A model generated the notes under the pieces. It saw only the letters and a list, made by a program, of their open reading frames with translations. It was not told the origin of the DNA and did no database searches. DNA of 64,000 nt, taken from assembly GCA_963711835.1 (NCBI GenBank), contig CAVQFQ010000021.1, positions 96,001-160,000 on the forward strand. Direction: 5' to 3'. The position numbers and the translations under genes were made by a program. This stretch comes from an uncultured delta proteobacterium (GTDB taxonomy: Bacteria; Desulfobacterota; RBG-13-43-22). The first letter of the stretch is position 1. Every line of letters starts with the position of its first letter. Shown piece after piece: positions 18,792 to 27,520 of this stretch.

Positions 18792-20462
18792 TTGTCTGGA
18801 AAAGAAGATGTGCGCATAGGGGTTTTTGTCTGCCACTGCGGCTCCAATATCGCCGGCTATTTGAATATGCAGGCCCTGGTGGATTACGCCCAGACCCTGC
18901 CCCAGGTGGCTTTTGTCCAGGCCAATCTTTATACCTGCTCCGAAGGCGGAATCAATGAGATCAAGAATGCCATCGGCCTTCAGAACCTGAATCGGGTAGT
19001 GGTCGCCTCCTGTACCCCGCGGACCCATGAGCCGCTCTTCCAGGGGGCCTGCCTGGAAGCGGGATTGAATCCTTATCTTTTTCAAATGGTCAATATCCGG
19101 GATCAGTGTTCCTGGGTCCACATGCAGGAAAAAGAAGCCGCCACCGGCAAGGCCAAAGATCTGATCCGGATGGGCGTAGCCAAGGCCGGTCTCCTCCGGC
19201 CCCTGGAATCCATTGAATTATCGGTAACCCCGAGTGCCCTGGTCCTGGGCGGCGGCATTGCCGGTCTGACCGCTTCCAATTCCCTGGCCAAGATGGGCTT
19301 TGAGGTGGTTCTGGTGGAGCGGGAAGCCGAACTGGGAGGGCTGCTGCGCAGCCTTAACAAAATACTGCCCTCGGGGATTTCAGCCTCCGCCTATCTGGAA
19401 AAAATCGTCTCCGAAGTCAAGCAAAACCCGATGATTCAGATCCGGACCTCGGCTGCGGTGGAAACGGTTCAGGGCTATGTGGGCAACTTCGAAGTGGTGG
19501 TACGGAGTCAGGCCGGAGAGGAAAATTTTAAGGTGGGCATCGTGGTCGTCGCTACCGGGGCCCGGGTATTTACACCGGAAGGGTTTTACGGTTATGACGG
19601 CCGGCGGGTCATCACCCACCTGGAATTGGAGGCCCTCCAGAAGCAGGGCCGGGCTGCTGTTGATCAGGCGGTCTTTATTCAATGCGTCGGTTCCCGGATG
19701 GAAGGCCGCAAATACTGCTCCCGCACCTGCTGCATGACGGCCGTCAAAAATGCCATCCTTATCAAGGAAGCCAACCCCAGAGCCGGGGTAGCCATCCTTT
19801 ACCGGGACATGCAGATGTACGGCATTGAAAATGAAGAGCTCTTCCGGAAATCAAAACAGATGGGCGTCCGTTACATCAATTACGATCCCTCCCAACCCCC
19901 GGTGGTTGAGGAAAAACAGGTTCGTGTTTTCCACCAGTTGCTGGGCAAGGAGGTTGCCCTGCCGGCCGATCTGGTGGTCCTGTCCACTCCCTTGGTGGCT
20001 TACCCCGATGCGGACCGCATTTCCCAGCTCTTGCGGGTCCCCCTGGATGTCAACCGCTTCTTCATGGAGGGCCATGTCAAATTAAAACCGTTGGATTTTG
20101 CCTCCGATGGGATTTTTTTATGCGGCAACTGCCGCTATCCGGCCACCCTCCGGGAAACTATAGCCCAAGGCTTAGGGGCCGCCTCCCGGGCGGCGACGCT
20201 GCTTTCCAAAGGAAAGATGTTCACTTCCGGGATTGTGGCCGAAATCAACGCAGCGACCTGTGTGGGCTGCCAGGGGTGCCTGGAGGTCTGTCCCTACCAG
20301 GCCATTGGTTTCAATGAAGACCAAGGAATCTGCTTCATCAACCAGGTACTCTGCAAAGGATGCGGGGCCTGTGCGGCCACCTGTCCTTCGGCCAGCGCCC
20401 AGCTCTCCGGCTTCACCACCCAGCAGCTCATGGCGGAAATTGACAAGGCGATGGCAGCCTAA
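18792..20462 (+). CDS. hdrA: HdrA-like subunit (homologous to the C-terminal half of HdrL)
   Basis: RIGVFVCHCGSNI, SCTPRTHE, NIRDQCSWVH, GGGIAG, QCVGSR, YCSRTCC, C-terminal 2x[4Fe-4S]; TTG start with AGGAG SD. Confidence 0.92.
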   Translation: MSGKEDVRIGVFVCHCGSNIAGYLNMQALVDYAQTLPQVAFVQANLYTCSEGGINEIKNAIGLQNLNRVVVASCTPRTHEPLFQGACLEAGLNPYLFQMVNIRDQCSWVHMQEKEAATGKAKDLIRMGVAKAGLLRPLESIELSVTPSALVLGGGIAGLTASNSLAKMGFEVVLVEREAELGGLLRSLNKILPSGISASAYLEKIVSEVKQNPMIQIRTSAAVETVQGYVGNFEVVVRSQAGEENFKVGIVVVATGARVFTPEGFYGYDGRRVITHLELEALQKQGRAAVDQAVFIQCVGSRMEGRKYCSRTCCMTAVKNAILIKEANPRAGVAILYRDMQMYGIENEELFRKSKQMGVRYINYDPSQPPVVEEKQVRVFHQLLGKEVALPADLVVLSTPLVAYPDADRISQLLRVPLDVNRFFMEGHVKLKPLDFASDGIFLCGNCRYPATLRETIAQGLGAASRAATLLSKGKMFTSGIVAEINAATCVGCQGCLEVCPYQAIGFNEDQGICFINQVLCKGCGACAATCPSASAQLSGFTTQQLMAEIDKAMAA

Positions 20463-20466
20463 CACC

Positions 20467-20530
20467 GATACTGGATGCTGGATACTGGATATAAGAGGAA
20501 AAAGGTATTGGCCAGCCAGTATCCAGTATC
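20467..20530. repeat. inverted heptamer arrays GATrCTG
   Basis: GATACTG GATGCTG GATACTG ... CAGTATC CAGTATC. Confidence 0.8.
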
Positions 20531-20560
20531 TAAGCACTAATTTCAAACAAAGAGGTAATT

Positions 20561-20986
20561 ATGACCGAGCATTTTGAACCCACAATTCTCTGCTTTTTGT
20601 GCACCTGGTGAACCTATGCCGCAGCTGACCTGGCAGGGGTCAGCCGGTTGCAGTACCCGACCAATATACGGTCCATTCGGGTCATGTGTTCCGGGACCGT
20701 ATCCCCCCATCACATCCTGAAAGCCTTTCAGAAAGGGGTGGACGGTATTTTTGTCGGAGGCTGCCATATTGGCGATTGCCATTATCTGGCTGGAAACTTC
20801 ATGACCAAAAAACGGGTGGCTTTCATGAAGGAACTCCTGGCTTTTACCGGCATCGAACCGGAGAGGCTTCGGGTGGAGTGGATTTCCTCGGCTGAAGGAC
20901 CGGAGTTCGCCAAATACATTACCGAGTTCGTAGAACAAGTGCGGGGATTGGGACCCAATCCGCTTTCGGCGGCTAAGGCCGCTTAA
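20561..20986 (+). CDS. mvhD: MvhD/FlpD 2Fe-2S subunit, selenoprotein (Sec at 20609)
   Basis: ATG 20561 after GAGGT SD: MTEHFEPTILCFLCTW-U-TYAAADLAG, in frame with ORF 20648..20986 (GGCHIGDCHY). Confidence 0.93.
20624..20644 (+). promoter_or_regulatory. SECIS-like hairpin (mvhD2)
   Basis: GCTGACC-TGGCAGG-GGTCAGC, 12 nt after the UGA. Confidence 0.65.
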
Positions 20987-21044
20987 AGGCAGAAAGCTCA
21001 AAGCGGATAGCGACGGCTATTTATTCAGGTACAGGTAAAAACTC

Positions 21045-21848
21045 ATGATGAAAGAGATCATAGTTTCTGAGATTGCAGGACTCTTAAAGGAGGGGAAGAT
21101 AGAGGGTTTCCTCGGCCTTCGGGAAGTTGAAGGGCAGGTCAGCCCTTATCTTTTTACGCAGGAAGATGAGCTTCCGAACCTTTCCCTGGGAGACTTGAAA
21201 GGTCCCGGCGATGTCCGCTATCCTTTAAATAAACTGCTGATTCATCTGAGCCGGCAGCATCCGGAAGCCGCCTTGGGCGTCCTCATCCGCGGCTGCGACG
21301 AGCGCGGCCTGCTGGAATTATATAAGTGGAAGCAATTGAACCCGGAACGGATCGTTCCTGTCGGGATAGCCTGCCCCTCGGAATTGGCCCGGGCCTGCGA
21401 ATGTCCCAAGCCCTATCCGGACCGCTGTTCGGCCGGAGATAAGGGCGAACCGGCCGGAAACGACAGTGTAACCCGGGTCCTGGCCCTGGAGTTGAAAGAC
21501 CGGCTCCAGCACTGGCTTAAGGAGTTCTCCCGTTGCATCAAATGCTACGGCTGCCGGGATATCTGCCCCATGTGTTTTTGCAAAGAGTGCACCCTGGAGG
21601 AAGAGTCCCTGATTCAGACCGGGAATGTTCCTCCTGAAAATCCCATTTTCCATCTGGTGCGGGCCGTGCACATGGCCGGACGGTGTATCGACTGCGGGCT
21701 GTGCAACGAGGCCTGTCCGGCGGATATCCCCTTAAGGACCCTTTACAAAAGAGTGGCTGACATCCTGGATGAACAGACCGGCTACCGGCCGGGGTACCAG
21801 CCTGAGACCAAGTCGCCTTTGAATGTACTCGGCCCGGCGCCGGAATAG
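21045..21848 (+). CDS. FdhB-like 4Fe-4S dicluster protein
   Basis: RGCDER, CIKCYGCRDICPMCFCKEC, FHLVRAVHMAGRCIDCGLCNEACP; lies before fdhA. Confidence 0.8.
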   Translation: MMKEIIVSEIAGLLKEGKIEGFLGLREVEGQVSPYLFTQEDELPNLSLGDLKGPGDVRYPLNKLLIHLSRQHPEAALGVLIRGCDERGLLELYKWKQLNPERIVPVGIACPSELARACECPKPYPDRCSAGDKGEPAGNDSVTRVLALELKDRLQHWLKEFSRCIKCYGCRDICPMCFCKECTLEEESLIQTGNVPPENPIFHLVRAVHMAGRCIDCGLCNEACPADIPLRTLYKRVADILDEQTGYRPGYQPETKSPLNVLGPAPE

Positions 21849-21865
21849 ACCCTGGTAAACTAAAT

Positions 21866-21926
21866 GATACTGGATACTGGATGCTGGATCAAAACCCAAG
21901 TTGAAACCCAAGGTCCATCCAGTATC
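21866..21926. repeat. inverted heptamer arrays GATrCTG (second site)
   Basis: GATACTG GATACTG GATGCTG ... ATCCAGTATC. Confidence 0.75.
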
Positions 21927-21947
21927 TTAAAAAATTAGGAGTTATGA

Positions 21948-23993
21948 ATGGATTATAAACTGGTCCCCACCATCTGCCCTTACTGCGGCTGCGGCTGCAG
22001 TTTCTATCTCGAGGTTCTGGACGGGCAACTGATCGGCACCCTGCCCAATAAAACCGCCCCGGTCAACGAGGGGAAACTGTGCGTCAAGGGCTGGAATGTT
22101 CACGAATTCGTAGTCAGCCCCAACCGTCTCACCCAGCCCCTGATCCGCCGGGGCGCGGAATTACAGCCGGCTTCCTGGGAAGAAGCCCTGGACTGGACCG
22201 CTTCCCGCCTGCGCACCATCCGGGACACTTATGGGCCGGACAGCATCGCTTTTTTGACCTCGGCCAAGTGCACGAATGAAGAAAATTATCTGCTCCAGAA
22301 ATTCGCCCGGGCCGGCGTCGGAACCAATAATATTGATCACTGCGCCCGTCTCTGACACTCCTCCACCGTGGCCGGGCTGGCCGCCGCTTTCGGCAGTGGT
22401 GCCATGACCAACTCCATTGCCGAGATCGAAGATGCCGATTGCATCTTTATTATCGGCTCCAATACCAGCGTAGCCCACCCCCTGATTGCCATGCGGGTCT
22501 TTCGGGCCAAAGCCAAGGGGGGGAAGATCATTATTGCCGATCCCCGGCGCATCCCCCTGGTGGCCCAGGCCGATCTCTATGTCCGGCAGAAGGCCGGGAC
22601 CGATGTGGCCTTGCTGAACGGCATGATGCAGGTGATCTTGAAAAACAACTGGCAGAATCAGACCTTCATCGATGAACGAACCGAGAACTTTGAAGCCTTT
22701 AAGGCCGTGGTGGATCAGTACCCGCCCGAGCGGGCTGCCGAGATCACCGGGATACCGGCCGAAGAAATCGCTAAAATGGCCGAACTCTACGCCAGGTCGG
22801 AGAAGTCGACCATCCTCTACACCATGGGGATCACCCAGCACCATACCGGCGTCGATAATGTCAAAAGCCTGGCCAACCTGGCCATGCTCTGCGGCCAGAT
22901 CGGCCGGGAGTCCACCGGGGTCAATCCCCTGCGCGGGCAGAACAACGTCCAGGGAGCTTGCGACATGGGAGGACTGCCCAATGTCTATCCCGCTTACCAG
23001 GCGGTTACGGATCTGGCCGTCAGGGATAAGTTTTTAAAGACCTGGCAGGTGGAGGCCCTATCCGACCGGGCGGGCCTGACCATCATGGAAATCATGCAGG
23101 GGATTGAAGAGGGCCGGATCAAGGCCCTGGTGATCCTGGGAGAAAACCCCCTGCTGAGCGACCCGGATAGCCACCATGTGGAAAAGGTCTTGAAAGGCTG
23201 CGAATTTTTGGCGGTCATCGATATCTTTCCCACCGAGACCGCCGGGCTGGCTCATGTGGTCCTGCCCGGGGCGGCCTTTGCCGAGAAGGACGGCACCTTT
23301 GCCAACACCGAGCGCCGGGTCCAACGGATCCGGAAAGCCGTTGATCCTCCCGGAGAAGCCCGGGAGGACTGGCGGATCATTCAGGAACTGGCCACGCGTT
23401 TCGGCTATCCCATGAGCTATGCCTCTCCGAAAGAGATCCAGGAGGAGATTCGCCGGGTGGCTCCTTCCTATGGCGGAATCAGCTACGAAAGGCTGGAGGG
23501 AGAGGGCCTGACCTGGCCCTGCCCGACTGCGGAACACCCCGGGACCCCTTTTCTGCATAAAGACCGCTTTTCCCGGGGGAAGGGCCTGTTTCATGCCGTC
23601 GACTATAAAGAACCGGCCGAGGTCCCCGACGCCGAATTTCCTTTTGTCCTGACCACCGGGCGCTTGCATATGCACTATCATACCGGGACCATGACCCGCA
23701 ATTCTCCCTCTCTTGAAAAAGAAGGGCCGGAACAATTGGCGGAAATCCATCCGGCCGATGCCCTGGACCTGGGGCTGGCCGAAGGGGATAAGGCCCGCAT
23801 CAGCAGCCGGAGGGGGGAAATCCTCTCCCGGGTAACGGTTACGGACCGGGTCAGTCCGGGGTTGGTTTTTCTCTCCTTCCATTATGGGGAAAGCAACGCC
23901 AATCTCCTGACCAACACGGCCCTGGATCCTGTGGCCAAAATACCGGAATTAAAGTTCTGCGCGGTAAAGGTAGAAAAAGCGCTGGAGGTTTGA
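21948..23993 (+). CDS. fdhA: cytoplasmic Mo/W formate dehydrogenase alpha subunit, selenoprotein (Sec at 22353)
   Basis: CPYCGCGC..C cluster motif, NNIDHCARL-U-HSSTV, LRGQNNVQGACDMG, C-terminal molydopterin dinucleotide domain; no Tat signal. Confidence 0.96.
22368..22384 (+). promoter_or_regulatory. SECIS-like hairpin (fdhA)
   Basis: GTGGCC-GGGCT-GGCCGC, 12 nt after the UGA, the position of the fdhF SECIS. Confidence 0.7.
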
Positions 23994-24090
23994 GGTGGGA
24001 GGCCTGAAGCAAACGATCCTCTACGAGCATGGAATTTTGTTTGAAGGAGACCAATCCGGCCCAAATTTTTAACTTGCTTAGGAGTGGATT

Positions 24091-24558
24091 ATGAAAACCG
24101 TCACCACCGAAGAAATCCTGAACACGGCCATTACCTTTGAAGAACTGTCCTACACCTTTTATAAACGGTTGCAGGATGCCGTACTGGATGAGATGACCAA
24201 GGATACGCTTGATTTTCTTTCCCGGGAAGAATTGAAGCATAAAGCCTTTCTGGAAAGTTATGTCCAGGGAAAGATCTCGGCCGGGACGCTGCGGCTGAGC
24301 CAGGTCCACGACGGCAAGATCGTCGAGGCCTTTCAAGCACCGCCGGTGACTCCGGATCTTTTGCAGAAAGATGCCTTTTTGCTGGCCGCGGAAAGGGAAA
24401 GGCTTTCCCATGATTTTTACCTGAACCTGGCCGGCCTGCACCCGGCCGGCGAAGTCAAGGACCTTCTCGGGAAATTGGCCCTGGAAGAACTGGCCCACAA
24501 GGAAAAGGTCGAGTACCTTTATGTAAATGCCGCTTTCCCCCAGACCTCGGGGGGATAA
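24091..24558 (+). CDS. rubrerythrin-like ferritin-fold protein
   Basis: Two E..FY / EExxH repeats (EELKH, EELAH). Confidence 0.85.
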   Translation: MKTVTTEEILNTAITFEELSYTFYKRLQDAVLDEMTKDTLDFLSREELKHKAFLESYVQGKISAGTLRLSQVHDGKIVEAFQAPPVTPDLLQKDAFLLAAERERLSHDFYLNLAGLHPAGEVKDLLGKLALEELAHKEKVEYLYVNAAFPQTSGG

Positions 24559-24607
24559 AAACCGTCAAGCGTTCCGTTCGGCGTTCGGCGTTCAGCGTAA
24601 GGCGCAA

Positions 24608-25825
24608 TCAGAATCCATTGAGTCGATAGTCTGAACCGAAGCCCACCCTGCTTTTCCCCATCACTTTTTCTTTTAGTCCGCGCGGGACCCATAGTCCCTC
24701 ACCGGGACAATGTTCCAGGCAGCAGTAACATTCGATGCAATTCGACTTGGTCAGAACTAAATTTTTTCCCTCAAAGCTCAAGGCCTCCGCAGGACAGGCC
24801 TGAACGCACAGGCCGCATAACTGGCAGCCGTCGGGGTTCAGACGGGGCCTGGCCTCGGTCAGCCAATCCAGGGCCCGGCCCGCCAGCTTGGGAGGAAGCA
24901 TCTTACCCAGCCACTGACGAGCCTGGGAAAACGGTCTTTTAAATCCTTGGACCGGCAACTCCTCCCAGGCAGCGCCCTGTAGTCTAATGTTGGAAGGGTC
25001 GGCCTCTCCCAAACCGGCCGCGGCGGCCAGGGTTATGGTGGCTATCCTTCCGGGATTGAAGCCCATAATCTGGGCGCTGGCGCAATCCATGGCCACCGGA
25101 TCGGTCGAGGCCAGTATCCAGCCGACCGATCGCGAGGTCCCTTGGACCGGACCGGCCCCTTCCATGGCCATGATGCCGTCCATTACCTGCAAGACAAAAG
25201 GGACCTTGATTTTCAGGCCCTGGTAGATGTCCACCAATGCCTGGGCCATGGCGCTGCCATTTAAGGCCAGACGGTGGACGTCCCGTTTTAAAGATCCGGG
25301 CAGTAAACCCAGACTATTTTTAATGGCCCCGGTGATGCCGGTCAGCAGATGGGTTTTTAATTTGGGGAGATTTACGATCGCCTCAATTTCATTCAAGAGG
25401 GAGGTGGCCTTGAATACCGGCACTATCTTCCCCCCGGGGCTTTTGACGGAAATGAGGCCTTGCTCCTCCAGGTTTACCAGTCGGGCTTCCAAACGGTCGG
25501 CCAGGGCCTCCAGTCCCAGCAGGGCATAGGTGCGCCTGGTTCGCCCATAGGAGCCCATGCCGCCGGAATCCGCAATGAGCAGTTCCACCCCATACTCATT
25601 TTTCAGAAAGCGGCCAACCTCTTCCACCACTTCCGGCCGGGTATTAACCGGCTTCTCCGGGCCGTGGTGCGATGACAGGCAGTTGGGCTTCAGAAGCACC
25701 CGATCCCCTTTTTTAAAAGGCAGTGCCGGTAGAGAGGAAAGGACCTCCTTGACAGCCCGACCTAAATGGGCCTGCTGGTAATCCCGGCAACGACTCAGAC
25801 TTACCTGGCTCAATCCGGACGTCAT
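24608..25825 (-). CDS. DUF362 domain Fe-S protein
   Basis: VLLKPN, NLPKLKTH, TGAIKN, DGIMAMEG.GP, DPVAMD; C-terminal 2x[4Fe-4S]. Confidence 0.9.
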   Translation of the reverse strand: MTSGLSQVSLSRCRDYQQAHLGRAVKEVLSSLPALPFKKGDRVLLKPNCLSSHHGPEKPVNTRPEVVEEVGRFLKNEYGVELLIADSGGMGSYGRTRRTYALLGLEALADRLEARLVNLEEQGLISVKSPGGKIVPVFKATSLLNEIEAIVNLPKLKTHLLTGITGAIKNSLGLLPGSLKRDVHRLALNGSAMAQALVDIYQGLKIKVPFVLQVMDGIMAMEGAGPVQGTSRSVGWILASTDPVAMDCASAQIMGFNPGRIATITLAAAAGLGEADPSNIRLQGAAWEELPVQGFKRPFSQARQWLGKMLPPKLAGRALDWLTEARPRLNPDGCQLCGLCVQACPAEALSFEGKNLVLTKSNCIECYCCLEHCPGEGLWVPRGLKEKVMGKSRVGFGSDYRLNGF

Positions 25826-25829
25826 GGAA

Positions 25830-27509
25830 TCAAGGGGCTGGGGTTGGTGAATAGGGAACCGGCCTAAGCTGGACCGGGGACCTGGCCGGGTCTTCCCAAA
25901 TTTTTTCCAGGCGCTGGATCAGCTCCCCCAGGGTCTCTTCCTTCAAGGCCGAAACCGCCAGCCCCTGGAAGCGGTTGCTCTGAATCCGGGCATATTCCGG
26001 ATTAACCAGATCAATCTTGTTGAATACCCGGACTACGGGGATATGACCCAGATCCAATTGAGTCAGTAAATCCTCCACAATGGCCATCTGCTCTTCAAAG
26101 CGCGGGTTGCTGAGATCAACGACATGGAGCAGGAGATCGGCCTCGGCCAGTTCCTCCAAGGTCGCCCCGAAGGCGGCCAGGAGGTCCTTGGGCAGATTTT
26201 TGATAAAGCCCACGGTATCGGTGATGATCACTTCCCGGTCCTTGGGAAAACGAAGCCGCTTGCTGGTCGGATCCAGGGTGGCGAAGTAGCGGTCCTCGGC
26301 GGTCAGGCGGCTGTGGGTCAAGGTATTTAACAGGGTGGATTTGCCGGCGTTGGTATAACCGACGATCGAAATCACCGGCAGGCCCCGGCGTTTTCTTTTT
26401 CCCCGTCGTTGTTTGCGCTGGGCCCGGATGGCTTCCAATTCCTTCTGCAGGCGGTGGATTTTTTCCCGAACCCGGCGCCGGTCGATCTCCAGCCTGGTTT
26501 CACCCGGACCCCGCCCGCCGATGCCTCCGGTCAGCCGGGAAAGGGCATCATCGCGTCCCACCAGGCGGGGAAGGATATATTTTAGCTGGGCCATCTCCAC
26601 CTGGATCTTTCCTTCCCGGGTTCGGGCCCTCTGGGCAAATATATCCAGAATCAACTGGGTTCGATCAATGACCTTCAACTCGGTAAAATCGGTGATGGAG
26701 CGGACTTGCGAGGGATTCAGATCCTGATCAAAAATCAGTACAGCGGCCCCGACCTGCAGGGCCCGGATGGATAAGCTGCTCAGGCGATCCTTCCCCATGA
26801 GATATTTGGGTTTGATTTCCTTGCGCTGCTGGATCACGGACTCAACCACCTGCAGGCCGGCGGAACGGGCCAGCTCGGCCAACTCATCCAGGGACTCCAG
26901 GGCCGCCGATCTGGACTGGGTGGTAACGCTAACCAGTATCGCCCGCTCCTGCCCGGGGTTGACCTTTTTGGAAGCCAGTTTTCGGCCCCATTCTTCCTCC
27001 AGGGATCGGACCAGGCCTGAGACGTCCACCTGGGATTGCCCCACCCGCTCCGGATCCAGAAGCCTCCATTCTTTCCCTTCGGCGTTCTCCGGCAGGAGAT
27101 GGGCCGTGTAAAGCCTTTGGGCCTGGCCCGTTTTGTCTACCTCCAGGGCCGTCATTAAATCCAACTGGAGCAGGGCCAGGTCCATTCGATCCTCTTCGGT
27201 AATCCCTTCTCCTTTTAGATGGGTATGCAAAAGGCGCAACCCTTTCAGGCGGCCGGCCCCGGTCCTAAATTCGTTCAGGGCCGGGATGGTCAGCGATTGG
27301 TCGTTGCCCAGAATGATGGTCTCAATGCCGCCCTTGCGATTAATCAGCAGGCCGATCTGACGGTTCAGCTCAAAGGAGAGCTGGGCCAGGGTATGGGCCA
27401 GTTCGGGGGATACTATTTGGGAAGGATTCAACTGCCGACGGTAAAGGGTTTGCAGCTTTTTTACCTGGTGGGGTTTAAGGCCGGTAGTATTTCCGAAGAG
27501 TCGGTGAAT
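25830..27509 (-). CDS. hflX: ribosome-splitting GTPase HflX, long form; probable ATT start
   Basis: DRTQLILDIFAQRA, GGRGPGE, GYTNAGKS, DTVGF, NKID. Frame extends 26 codons upstream of TTG 27431 (IHRLFGNTTGLKP...) to ATT 6 nt after AGGAGGT. Confidence 0.9.
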   Translation of the reverse strand: MHRLFGNTTGLKPHQVKKLQTLYRRQLNPSQIVSPELAHTLAQLSFELNRQIGLLINRKGGIETIILGNDQSLTIPALNEFRTGAGRLKGLRLLHTHLKGEGITEEDRMDLALLQLDLMTALEVDKTGQAQRLYTAHLLPENAEGKEWRLLDPERVGQSQVDVSGLVRSLEEEWGRKLASKKVNPGQERAILVSVTTQSRSAALESLDELAELARSAGLQVVESVIQQRKEIKPKYLMGKDRLSSLSIRALQVGAAVLIFDQDLNPSQVRSITDFTELKVIDRTQLILDIFAQRARTREGKIQVEMAQLKYILPRLVGRDDALSRLTGGIGGRGPGETRLEIDRRRVREKIHRLQKELEAIRAQRKQRRGKRKRRGLPVISIVGYTNAGKSTLLNTLTHSRLTAEDRYFATLDPTSKRLRFPKDREVIITDTVGFIKNLPKDLLAAFGATLEELAEADLLLHVVDLSNPRFEEQMAIVEDLLTQLDLGHIPVVRVFNKIDLVNPEYARIQSNRFQGLAVSALKEETLGELIQRLEKIWEDPARSPVQLRPVPYSPTPAP

Positions 27510-27520
27510 CGAGATACCTC

